Source of the DNA: Nemertoderma westbladi
Lineage: Eukaryota; Animalia; Xenacoelomorpha
NCBI GenBank assembly: GCA_032718475.1
Contig: JAUCBJ010006460.1
Coordinates: 1 to 64,000 of the forward strand
Length of the DNA stretch: 64,000 nucleotides
Reading direction: 5' to 3'
The notes under the pieces: generated by a model
What the model saw: the letters and a program-made list of their open reading frames with translations, nothing else
Database searches by the model: none
Told to the model about the DNA's origin: nothing
Translations under genes and position numbers: made by a program
Shown: in pieces, positions 1 through 12,800 of the stretch
Layout: the number at the start of each line of letters is the position of its first letter
Position numbering within the stretch: position 1 is the first letter of the stretch

Positions 1-387
1 GTTGATTTATGTTCTGGAACATTTCCGACTCGGTTCATGTTTAATTTTTATGGTAGCTAGTGTTTTCAATAGTAGTTAGTGTATTCATAAAAATGGTACA
101 GTAGCTAGTGTTTTCAAAAATACCAACAAAACGTATTATTATTATTATTATGAATATCCATAGTAAAGTTGGCTTTATCTTTATTAATTTATCAGTGAAA
201 AGAGTCTAGTATTGAAGAAAATAAAATAACGTGATTTATGCAACCATTTATTAAATAGGATAATGAAAAAAATGTACAGTAGTTGCACAGATTCGGTCGT
301 CCTTACCTTATGTAGAGGCAGTGAGTGCGGGGAAGGATATTACCTGAGATGCAGAATTGCGGGTAGAGAAAAAGTTTCATTGGTTGG

Positions 388-1129
388 TGAAAGATCCCCC
401 ACGGTAAGAACTATCCCACGGCCTACAAATCTACTAATACGAAGCTATAGAATATCCCTTACTATGGAGTCCAGTAGTATACCGCTTACCAGATCCTAGT
501 AACGATGTATCTTACCGTAAGATCTAGTAATGTAACGGGCTCGTACAGTATCTGACAACAAATCCCAGTCCAGGGTATCTAATCAAACAGATACAATACA
601 CAAACGACTACTGGCGAGGAGCAGAGCCTAGTGTCTATTCTACGTACGTGAGCGGGTCTAATGCCTACGAACTAGACAAAAGGAAACCTGCCCTCTAACC
701 GGTGAGGCAGATGTACAGTTACAGTAACAGACCAAACTCACGGGAAAACAATCCCCGCGCAGCGAATCCTAACTATCGCTGACAGTCCTAAATACCGTAA
801 CTTGCCGCGGTGTGATTTATATGGTTTATATACGAGCTAGTGGGTTAACAGAACTAGCGTAACAATACTGACCAGTACTAAATCAGTCTAAAGGGGGGTC
901 GTACCTAATGTAACAATACCGCTGCTCAGACAAACAACAGTTTAATAACAAAATAAATACTCCTTCTTGCCGTAACTAAATATCAGATCCTAAATTTACA
1001 AACTACAAATAGTAAATTACAGATAAATTCTGCCTAAAAGTAATCTAAAGTGCGCTATAACTAGTAGAACTCAAGGGTAAATATGTTTTAGGGCGTGTCT
1101 GTGTGGGTGTGTTACAATAAAACAATTTT
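388..1129 (-). repeat. Family B 3' LTR, distal part (split by the Academ insertion)
   Basis: Matches 32696-33439 almost base for base, from TGAAAGATCCCC to AACAATTTT. Confidence 0.9.
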
Positions 1130-1708
1130 TAGTACGGGCTCTGGCGGCGTTAAGCGCAATACCTTCGGTAAATTAACGAGACTATTATTTTTGGATAGAG
1201 GACCATGTTAGACGTCAGAACACAGTTGGTGATCGGTATAGCTAATTTGCATTCTAGAACTACAGGCCAAAAACAAGCTAGCTAGCCGACCCCTACCTAA
1301 CTCTATGTTGGGCCCTCTGGTTGAATATAAATGCAATCAATTTTTTCAAATGAACATTTTTCTTATAGAGTGAAGACCGGCGATTAATTTAAATACAAAT
1401 ATATCGCCACTTTTATTTTTTAAATGCGATAAATTTACATGAGAACAAAATGCTTTCACTTTTTTTAAGAATCCAACATTTACATTAACTGCCATCAAAT
1501 GTAGCTACTTTGGTTTAACACGTTCAAACATGTATCAAAATTTGCGCTAATTATTTCTGCATTCACCCATGCAACTCATTTTGGATGAGTACTAAATCCT
1601 CCTAGTCAATTAGCCCGATTATTATCGTATAACCCATAATCAGAGAATATTCAGAGAAAGTATACTCTGTGACATTTGGAAATATTTACTACAGTTACTA
1701 GGCAACTA
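1130..1708. repeat. Academ left terminal inverted repeat
   Basis: Reverse complement of 23481-24056; inner boundary approximate. Confidence 0.9.
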
Positions 1709-2317
1709 TATGTACTGTAGGCCTATGTTGTGTACCAGTGCAGTGTAGGCGATTCCCTACATTATATTAATTGTTTTTTAATGTATTATACAACATTCAT
1801 GCGCTTATACATCAACTGAGTCACAGATCGTTGAAAATTCTTATAAAAATAATATAAAGATGGAAATGATATTCTGAGAGTCAGAATTTATACTTTCGCT
1901 TTCAAAATTTTCTACTACAGTAGCTTATTTTGTTGTGACAAAAACCGAAGCAAAGTTATAATATTCTTAGCAATTAGGAAAATAATATTTACTAAAATAA
2001 ATTGTCATTTCTTCAATATAATTATAATTATTTATTTAACAGCAACAAATTTTGTTTACCAGAGGGAATATAATTTGCCATAAACGAAACGTACAGAACA
2101 GAAATGCCATGCAATCAATGAATATATTACAATATAAGTAAGTAGGTATATCAGTAAATCGAGTGCATTAAAGGGAAAGTAATATCTTATCTAGTTTTCT
2201 GTAAGGTAATAAATATATCAACATTGGAAGGCGTGTAGGATGGTAAAATACTATAAAATGTCCGTGTACAAACTCTTATAGAACTCTGTTTAGTCGAATT
2301 GGGGGTTCCACCATTAA

Positions 2318-5300
2318 CCCTATTAGTACCGGGCTATAAAATGTTGTACAAATACCGGGAGGGGGTCATATTGACCCCCCCCCCCCCCCCTCTAAAATCT
2401 ACAAATATTTACGAAAACGTCTGATTTTTTGTTTGTACGTAGGTATCACTTGTCTGGATCCGACCGAAAAAAAAAATTTTCGAAAAAATGTACTGGGGTG
2501 GTTATATTGCAGCACCAAAATTACAAGTAGTGCACAATTTTCACAAAATTTGAAAGTTACATTTTCGGCTAATTATTTTTCAATACAGGTTTTTTGGGGT
2601 GCAAAATACATTGTAAAATATTTAAAAATGATGTGATTACTATAAATGGCTGTTTAGTCCTCTCTGCGTAGGAAAAAAATGAAAAAAACAAGTAACCAGC
2701 ACTTTTCAGTTAGAACACAAAATTTTTAATTCACTTATACGATGCTATAAATTCACATTTTCAGGTTTTCGAGGGCGCTGATTCTAATGGAATACATTTC
2801 TAATATGCCAGATCATTGCTACTTGTATTTTTCGGCGTAATTTAGCAAATTTTGGTGCTAGCACCAAATTTCGCACCCATCACCAAAAAGTACAAGTTTG
2901 CGATGTCCAGTGCCTTTTTTTATTGATTCCATCGGATTCAGGACCATCATAAACCCGTATAACGCAAGAAACAAGGTGATACTATCTACTTATCAATTTG
3001 CATATTTTCCAAAATTTGGTGCTGGCACAACAATTTTCACCCACCGGCGAAAAATACAAGTTTCAGAACTCTTATGAAATTTTTTACTGATTCCATTGAA
3101 TTCAGAACCATCACAAACCCGTATAACGCAAGAAACAAGGTGACACAATCAATTGGGCTCATTCCAAAGTAAAGTACGGGACATTCGTACACAATTTTAA
3201 ACTTTGATTGCCTGTACAATGTTATCCACAGCACATATGTGCACAAAATTGTGCTTGGATTAAACTTTCGAATATCAGCTTTGATTTCGCGAAGCTTATG
3301 GCGGGACTTAGTCACTTTTGAGAAAATGCCAGCTTGTCCAATTAAGGTAAAGTACGGATTCGTACGAAATGGTATTTTTTAATTTATGATTTCAATTCTA
3401 AAATTTAGCGAATTGTGCGCAGGTACGGTGTTGAGTTGATGTTTAGGATAAAGCTGTATTATTAAGCTTAAATAAACATATAAATATAAGACGAATTGCT
3501 GCATTGCTAATTTTTTACAGTGTGGTTTGTGTGGTAAAGTATGGGACATTGCTAAGTAAAGTACGGGACCTGTACGAATTTTATGGTCAAAATGGTCTCT
3601 TACACTTAAACTAACAGTAATTTCTGGATAATTAGTGATAATAATGTGCAACTAAGTATTTCCAACCAAGATATGGATACAAAATGTGGGGCGGCCCACA
3701 AATTGACCCGAAGTCTTAGCATATGGGTGCCCTTAGGAGTTGTATGTCATCTGTCTAATTTTTGATCGCTAATACTGTATATCTCGGTCATTTTTAGATG
3801 AAATTAAACCAAACCTGGTACGTATGAAGTCTGTCAAAAGTTTGGAAAGAATCTGAAGTTTAAGGAATCAAAGGTCACATATCAGACAGTCTGTCTGTTG
3901 GTACCGATAGTTTCAAAATTTTGATAAAAACCGAAATAAGTCCGCCATCATTGATGAAATATAACCAAACTTGGTATGTAGTCTGTAAAAAGTTTAGAAT
4001 TTCTTTCAATTTTTCTGAAAATGTATCAATTACTGTACTTACCGATCTTCTTCTCTGCTAAAAAACTAAATTTTTTGAAATTTGTTGTAAAGTACGGGAC
4101 TTTACATGCATAAACTCAAAGATTAGTTAATTGAGGAATGATTCTTAGTTCAAATACATACTTCTATGATTCCCCCTACCATCACCCTAAAGCATTATAA
4201 CACTCCTGCCCTCCAGGTTTCATATATTACATTAATACAGTGCACTAATGTAATCGCCATTATAATGGTAAAGTATGGGACAATTTTCAATTGGCCGTTA
4301 TGATGTTTCTGAGGGAGTAGATTATGAAAACTACAGGTAATTGTTTCTTAAGATGACGCAACACAAACGTGCTTTGCATTCCACTGGGTGATTGGGCTGA
4401 TTTATACTACTTCTCTGTGTATAAATTAAAAATTTCACTATTTTTTGGTAAAGTATGGGACTTTACATGCATAAACCCAAAGATTTCTTGACTGAGGAAT
4501 GATTCTCAGTTCAAATATAGACTCCTATTCTTACGGCCGACTATGACCTTAGAGTATTATAACACTCCTGGCTTCACATATTACATTAATACAGTGCACT
4601 AATATAATCGCCATTTTGATGGTAAAGTATGGGACAATTTTCAATTGGCCGCCATGATATTTCTGAGGGAGTGAAGATGAAACTAATTGTTTTATACGAT
4701 GACGCAACACAAACGTGCTTTGCATTCCACTGGGTGATTAGGCCGAGTTACATCTCTGTGAATAAACTAAAAATTTCACTATTTTAGGTAAAGTATGGGA
4801 CATCACAAGATTAACTTTATCGATTTCATTACAGAGGAATGAAACACTGGTGAAATTAAATGAAACCAAAAAAATTCGAAAATGGGTTTGTTTTTGATTT
4901 GGTACATGCTCAGACATGTTAATTTATTGGTCATGGGAAGTGCCTACAGGAAACGAAACTTTTGCACACTTTTATTCACATTTTGTGCAGAGCAGGTGCA
5001 TAATTTGTAATTCGACTATTTTTGATAAACCACCTGTGTTGATACAATTTTTAGCACTGAATTCATGAAGTACGATAAATTTTGACCTAAAATAAGTATA
5101 AATTCAAAGCTACATCTCATTTTTAGAAATTAGTGGGGAGGTTGACCTTTTCATGGAATGAGCCATTGATATATTTGATGGTTTTCAAAATTTGGTGCTA
5201 GCACCACATTTTGCACCCACATCCGAAAAATACAAGTTTGAGATGTCTAGTTCGATAATTATATTTTCCATTGAATTCAGAACAGCCATAAACCTCTAAA

Positions 5301-5893
5301 ACGCAAGAAATAAATTGTCACAAGCAATTTTATATATTGAATGGATTTTCAAAATTTCGTGCTAGCACCAAAATTAGCACACAGCACCGAAAAATACAAG
5401 TTTGATACGCTTGGTTCAACTCGTATATATTTCATCGAATCCAGAACCTCAAAAAACCCCAATTGCGTAAAAAACAAGTTTCAAACAATCAATTTACAAA
5501 ATTGACTTATTTCAAAATTTGGTGCTGGCACCAAAATTTGGCACCCATCGAAAAAAACAAGTTTGAAATTTCTAAATCAATTTATATGAATTCCATCCAA
5601 TTTCTAAGACCAAAAAACCGGTGTAAATCAAAAATAGAGATGTTACAATTCATATTTAATGAAATGTAATTTTCAAAAAACGTCTCAAAAAAAGTGCCAA
5701 AAGTAGGGTTTAAAAATGGTGCTATAACTCGAAAAGTGCCTAATATTTTTGAAAACGGTTTTCACTACCATGAAGACAATAGATTTTTAGGAAAAGTCAT
5801 AAAATTTCAGATTCCCAACTGCGTATGTTTCAGAATTATAATAAAAAAACCACGGGGGGGGTCATATTGACCCCCCCCCCGGGTTTAATAGGG
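2318..5893 (+). mobile_element. Non-autonomous piggyBac-type MITE, copy 1 (~1.55 kb plus a 2 kb nested insert)
   Basis: TTAA|CCCTATT...AATAGGG|TTAA. Subterminal GGGGGTCA(TA/AT)TGACCCCC palindromes and internal ~120-bp repeats with TGGTGCTAGCACCA. Same as 17336-18889 and 62608 onward. Confidence 0.85.
3156..5164. mobile_element. Non-autonomous TIR element with a 4-bp TSD (Sola-like or unclassified) inside the MITE
   Basis: GGCTCATTCCA...TGGAATGAGCC flanked by ATTG/ATTG. The empty site CAATCAATTGATAT is seen in the other two MITE copies. Superfamily is uncertain. Confidence 0.75.
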
Positions 5894-6236
5894 TTAAGGT
5901 AACGTATTCTTAAGCCTATGAAAAATTTTATTACATAAATGCTTAAGAACATAGATATAGATGGATATTCCTTTCCACTGTATATTCAAATTATGTAAGA
6001 ATGCAAACACTCCTGGTTATAAGTTACTTAATTCTTCATTGGAATTCTTCATTAGTCTGTCAGTGCGACAACTCAGCTGTACAGGACAAACATCATGTTC
6101 TACTTCACTGTCCTACAGTACCGTATGTCTCCACATATACGTAGTAAGTTTAGCATCCGGTAGTGCAATCAGATTTGCAGAGCCTTTTTGCCTTGTCGAC
6201 AGAACTTTGGTGCTAACTATTTAATTTTAGTAATTA

Positions 6237-7371
6237 TCAATAAATATAATATATTACTACTAATACAGTATAATGTAAATGCATTGGCAATAATGCCAAA
6301 TGAATCATGAAAGTTTTCCTAAACGAATCACTTGCTTCATCCTCATCGCTCGTTTCACTATCTTCGCCACTATCTTTGCCGCCTTCTTGTTCCTCGTCAC
6401 AATTTATCAAAATATTGCTGATGTCATCAGGGAAATACTCATCCGACCACTGGATGGATCCATCATAATTCCAGCCATTATCTGTGAATCTCTTTATCGT
6501 GATATAATTATTTAGTGATGCTTTCCAGAGGTAAGCAACATAGTTGGCTCGTTTTATATGGAGACTAAGTACTCTTTTACAAGGGGGCATTGTTGACAAG
6601 TCATGGCATCTATGTTTCTTTAGGCAGTGCAATGTTGTTCTTGTTTGGTTGAATACAGTGAGCACACATATTTCTCTAACACCAATTCCGTCTCTGCAGT
6701 TAATATTATCGAGCTTCCAAGCTCGGCAAATATTCTTCTGAAGTTCGAACGCTTTTCAGCTATCTTCCAACAGCGTTTTTTAGATTTTCCAAAGAATGAT
6801 GAAACCTGATCGTTTCCTGTAAAAGCGTGTACTCCTAGTACGCAATCTTTTAGTTCTGTTGGCATTTCGAAATCACTAATTCGCAATACCTTGCGGGATT
6901 TGTTCCTTCCATTATCTAAAATAACGTTTTGATCGTGAGGATGTCGAAAAAAATGTAAACCTTACTTTTATCGGCACTGAAATGGCCCTTTCTTTTTAAT
7001 ATTGAGTTAAAGAATGTCTTGTTGAAATGTTAAAAAAAAATGTTAAAAAATGTTAAAAGAATGATTTTGGGAATTCTTTCTGTATTATCTTTCAGCGACT
7101 CAATATTTGGTAGCTTACCACCACTTATGTTTTCATGTTTGTCTATAAATTCGACAACATCATCATGGATATATTCAGCCGCATTCCTAATTATTATATT
7201 CTTATCTTTGGCTATTGTATTTGATTGCAATGCGGATGAAAAGGGTACAAGTTCTGGAGTTTTCCCATCAACCTGTAAGAAGGTAATTATATCCTTATAC
7301 TCTTGTTGGATCCGCTTCTTTAATGTACTGCGATAACATCTTTCATTGTCTGTACCAAAACCTGTTCCATA
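6237..7371 (-). pseudogene. Academ transposase, central and C-terminal XPG-like fragments (frameshifted; DDE core apparently deleted near 7000)
   Basis: YGTGFG..RCYRSTLKKRIQ.. followed by VLGVHAFTGNDQVSSFFGKSKKRCWK, LEKYVCSLY, MPPCKRVLSLHIKRANYVAYLW..DNGW and an acidic tail. Confidence 0.75.
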
Positions 7372-9360
7372 TGCTTACAAATACCCGTATACTCCTCTGC
7401 CAACCTAATAAGTTCTCGTCTAACCAATAAGACACAAAGACTGCTCTACTGTTAAGTAAAGGGGATCAGGAGCGTGATATTACTAAATTGTAAAGGTTGC
7501 TAAATACAAAACCGCTACTTACCGTTAGATGGCGCTAATCTGCCGTCCGCTAATATAATTTACTAAATTTACACGGCTCCTGCAAAATCGCTTGTTCCTT
7601 TCTCTACCGATCGCTCGATAGAGAGCTAACTGTTCGAATCTATGAGCCACGCGGGAATAACCAAAACAATAAACCCGAGTCGGCTCCCTAAGCTTACTTA
7701 AGACGAGTGCGAGAGGCCTTGCACTCAGAGTATTCTTACGCCTAATTTTATCACTATTAAAGCACGCTATTGCCTACGTCTTTTCTAATCGCGAATACTG
7801 GGGGTTCCCTAACGTAATGTGTGAATGCGAGAATATTTAAATTATCAAAATGGTACAGTATTTGTCTCTACGTAAATAGTACCGCTCCGGGTCTAAACTT
7901 GCCTGCAGCTGGCTTTAGGCCAGCAAATTACTAGCGTGTTGTGCGTACTGGATAGTGCGATCTAGCTGATTGCCCGCTAATGCAAATAACCGCTCAGCGT
8001 GAATAGTTTACAGTACTCGAATTATTACCTTAGCTACTCTCCGCTATGCTGCGTACTAAGTCTTAATTTTACTAATCAATTACAGTCACAAATATGTAAC
8101 AGCGTACTAATTACTAAGAGTTCCAGAATGCGTAATTCTAATTTATTACGTAACAGGTTTCGCTAGTAATAGCCTAAATTGCCGTATTACTTTGACCTAA
8201 TCAGTAATTATTTGTTGTAACTAAGAAATAGAAATCAATCAGCGTCAGCAATCACAGTTCGCAATTATGCAGTTAACTACTGTATAACCCACAGTTGTGC
8301 GATTCACTATTCGTACTCCACACTCTACGCTGTGATACGTGCAGGCCTCTCCCGGGTACACATAGGATTCCTAACTAACCCGATTCTTGCCCCCTAATAC
8401 TAACTAGAGACGAAACCTGGATTATCAGCCCCCTAATTACTGTACCGGCGAATGGTCTGCATACCACAGTGTGAACTACCCGACCGCAACGGTGACCCCC
8501 CGCCAGCGTTGCCCGCCTTTGAATCCTCCGTTCTCCCTTAGTCGCTCAACCCCCCGATGTGCCCACCGCCTACTGGCACCTTAGCCCTCCATTATGCTAA
8601 TAGCTACCGTAGCGGCGCATGCAAATCACAAAGTCTGACAGTCTCAGAAATCCCTTAGGATTATTGCGTAGAAAGGAATCACATAGAACCATTAACAAAG
8701 GATAGAAATCATAGTTCCGGTTGTAATTAGCAGTAATCGATAGGATTAATTGAGAAACAACCCTATCAAAGCTGAAGTTAAGGTTGTAAGGTACAGCTCT
8801 ACCGGCAAACCGCCAATTTATAGGTGATCCGAATGGGGTGATGCAATAGGGTGACTCAATCGCTCTCCTATTGGCTCTCCAGTCCGCGCTAGCACTAGAC
8901 CAACCTGGAAGCAGTTAGTCCAATAAGGAGGCCGGATTGTAGCCCTATTGCTCCCCAAACCTCAAATTATTACCATATATGGTAATGGATCATGTCCCTG
9001 GCTGCTGAATGGCCAGGACAGCGTCCCTATATGCTAGCCCTATTGATGCTAATAACAGCAAGCACAAAATCCAGGGTCCGACTAAACTTGCTACCCTGGA
9101 ACTATCTACCTATATCCTAATACAAAATTACGTAGGTAGGGCTACATATTATACAAAATGGATGGATTCAAATATATGGGCGTTTTGATTTCCCTATCTA
9201 AATATCACCTCGCTATTATACCTTATCTAAAATATTATGCTGCACAACGGACTAACATTACGTACAGTATAACGGACTAATATTGCGTACAGTATAACGG
9301 ACTAATATATTATACTGCATAATGGCTAATAATGTGGATACAGTGCCATATACCGTAACA
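7372..9360 (-). repeat. Probable ~2 kb 3' LTR of family A
   Basis: Starts TGTTAC directly after the same GGAGCGG tract that precedes the family B 3' LTR. CCAAT boxes and TATAAA near 8820; ends ..GTAAGCA. No second copy in the window to confirm. Confidence 0.65.
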
Positions 9361-9832
9361 CCGCTCCAAGGGAAATCATATAATGTTTCCCTCCAACTGT
9401 AGAAGAGTATAAGGTGATGTATACAAACAAAATAAATTTCTTCCAAATAATCTAAATACTTGATACTATAAATCCTACTATTTACAAAATATTGCTATAG
9501 ATATTGCATAATGAATTGCATACAAATTAAATTTACAAATATTATCTCTCTCATTCAAATTAAATTTACAAAATATTGTTTCTCGTTCGTACTACATAAT
9601 GATTACTACATACAAGATCAAATATAAAAATTTTGCTAGGGCAAGTGAAAGGAGTAAGCCAAACCCGCAGGTTTGTCTCCCCAATCACTTCCTTCGCCTC
9701 TCTCATAATATAAATTCAAAACAGCTCAACTAGTGTATATGAGTCTAGTCGAATATTTCTAAAATGCTACAATATACATCAGAGCGACGATGATGTATAT
9801 ATCTAGAGTCTGTCGCCCTGTGCTATAATGTA

Positions 9833-12800
9833 TCATCGACCCGCTCCTGGGTTCTTCGGGCTCGCTCCTCTCTTTCGCCCTCTTCCCAGATACACCAGTC
9901 TACCTCCTGTAGACTCCGTTGACGGCGTCCGTGAGGCGTCACTCCCCGGAACCGGCGACGATGTTCCCTGAGCCCCGACAGATTCCCGGCTCGTGCTTCT
10001 TCCTCGGCCTCGTCCCAATTGTCGTGCTCCCGTGGTCGCTTCCGCCAACTCTTCCTTATGCAGTTGCACACGCGCCTTCTCCGACGCTCCCTGCGCCTTG
10101 CGCTGCAACCGCTGTGCTTCTATAATAGAGTGATAGTGGTCGTCCTTGACTTGACGCTTGTCTTGGACCCCTCCTCCTGGTTCCTTCCGCGAGCCTTGAG
10201 TTCCAGCGGTCGTCGCTGTGGTCGCTGCGATCCTCTGCTCCTGTATCCTCTCAGCGGTCAATGACCCCACTGGCACATGAGTCAACAAGAATTCGTTGCG
10301 GTATTGAATAGCCGCCATCCTCCAATCACCTCGCGCGCGTACCACTTTTCTAGTCTCCGAAAATACACCCTTCGTGATTCGATCGCAAATAGCAACGAAG
10401 TTCCAAGTGTATTTGTTATCCATATTCAACTGTCTGAAGTATTCTCGGACTACGATAACTCCAGTGTTTTGTGGAAGGTCTTGAGCAGTTAGGATGAGTT
10501 CCTGATATTGTGGTAGCGATTGTAGATATGGCTCGTACGCAACATGTGATGGGTCTACCGCCCAAAATCCATATCCCGCCTTGAATGGTAACCAACGCAT
10601 CTGCGCTTGAATATGGTAGTCAGCCACACTCTCCCACTTATCTAACATCTCCCGAAGTAGGTTAGCGCTATGGTTTTGAAAGGAATCATCTCGCAGCTGA
10701 CATCTCGCGCTACGATGTCCCTTTACCCCACAATATCCACATTGAGAAATGAAGACGGTGCACGTGTGAAACGAATGGTCGGTCTCATTACACCAACGAC
10801 AGACCTTATGCGCCGCCTCTACTACCGCGTCGCACGACTTTAGATTGTGCCTTGTGCTGCCGCACAACTTACACCTCCGCGCTTGTGGAAACCAGGCCCT
10901 CTCGTATATGAGGTCTCCAATCGGTTTCGCACTTCCTTCTTTCCCAATGTCTAATACAATGTCGTCCTCTCCGGACAACGGTTGTCGATCCGGAATAAAG
11001 TAAACATCCTCGCCCTTGTCCTCTATCTCCAATATTTCCTCCCGCGTTCGTTTCGGATATGTCTTCTCCACCGGAAGATCTACTCCGAACACCTCTACTA
11101 ACGTCTCCGGCCAGCCCTCCTTAACAGGTCTATCAGCCTCCGAGTGGAAGGGAGTACCAAACCCGCGGGTTTGATTCCCGAACCACTTCTCCAAAGCCTC
11201 TGGCGTCGGATATTCCATCGACGGTCGGTCTCCCAAATCTCCGATGTTCTGTCGATATACTCCTTGGAATATCGCTAATCCTCTCCTAACCATCGACGTA
11301 TTCTCTAACGATTGGTTGAAGAACGGGGTTAAGAAACGCTTCATCACGTCGGATTGGATTCCCCCTTTCGAGCGAACGTATTGATCTCCTCCGAATACCA
11401 ATGGATGACGCTTCAAAACTCGCGCAACGATATCCGCTAATAAACAAGTTAGTGTTCGACTCAAGCACCAAATAATATTGTAGCGACGCACGGGGTGGCG
11501 CGCAAATGTTCCAATACACTAACGCTTGCCGCTTGAAGTGGGATTTGAACTCCGCTCCCGGTGGCGTGTTGTATTCACCATACGCCTCCTCGTACTTCTT
11601 CTGCGTCTTTAACTTAAAGTCCCAATTATACAACAAGTGTGCTATAAAGCCCATACCAGTCTTGGCAGAGTTGGGATACTCCCTATAAAATCCAATATCC
11701 TGTGCCCATAGCAACAATAGCTTGGTGTCGACAAACGGTCTCGGCAATCTATCTTCCAGATCGGTCATGGCGTTGAAGTCGCTCTCCAAATCGCTCTGGA
11801 CTCCCGATCCCACCTTGACGTAATCTTGGTTGAGAATAGCCTCTCTAACTTTCTTGGGTAGCATCCTGGCGTCGATACGCTCCGCTCCGTGCATACCTCC
11901 TCGCCTGCATACCTCCAAAATCTGCTCCCTAGGATCCTTCCCTTTCCGATATTGTGTCGTTATGATGGGCTCCGGTCTCTCTCGATCCGCCCTCACACGC
12001 ATAAACACATGAGTCACACCATCGGCCGCACGAATTTGAATACACTTGCTGGTCATACATTCCTGATGGGATCCTCCTTCATTGTCGTAGAACATCACCC
12101 TCCAATCCTGCAGTGATTCCTCCGTTTTCCTCCACTGACGCTGAATCTCGTCTGATGGGGTCCACATGCGCTCGATAGCCTTGTGGTCATCATATCGGGT
12201 ATAAGAACCCTTCCTCCTCAGCCACGTCTGGTCTACCTCCTCGTCATCTGGGAATGTAGCCACCGCGACCCATACCTTGATGTACTTATCCAACCATCCA
12301 AATAGTTTGCTCTCCTTCCCCGGAGCTCCAATCTTATCCAATGTGTCGTAATCTGTGATCTGCATTGGGACATCACGCAAGAACTTCGCGCATAAAACTT
12401 CCCGTAGACAGTCAACGTTCCAATGATCCGCCATTCTTACCATCGGCAAGAATCGTATCGCTTCTCGCGACTCCGGATGATCTACTAATATCGCAGGTTC
12501 GGTGCCGTCGGAATAATACACCGGTCGGGGTTGAGATACGACCTGTGGAACAAATCCGGTCACTCTCCTCGTCTCCTCTTGATGTCTATCCGCGGCCTTA
12601 TTATACTCCGCTATTCTATTCTCAAATAACTCTTTCGCCTTCGCCGCTCGTTCCTCCTGCCGCAACGCGTCTATGTCGTCCTGATGCTCAGGCGTGAGGC
12701 TTCTCACTCGGTGAGGCGAAGTAAACGCAGTCCAGGGACTCGAGAGCTCCAAACCCGCGGGTTTGGTACCCGAGTCCCGTGCCGCTTCGCGCCGCGCCTC

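Noticed and set aside
5463-5669. Conserved small protein MRKKQVSNN.. in three copies (also 17559 and 63755)
   Set aside because: Chance non-ATG ORF inside near-identical MITE copies; the same applies to short ORFs in the LTRs and those antisense to TE genes.
11440-11470. Programmed frameshift between the 750-aa and 552-aa ORFs
   Set aside because: Copy 2 (AAC ACG GTA ACT) and family B read through in one frame; copy 1 simply lacks 2 nt and has no slippery site.
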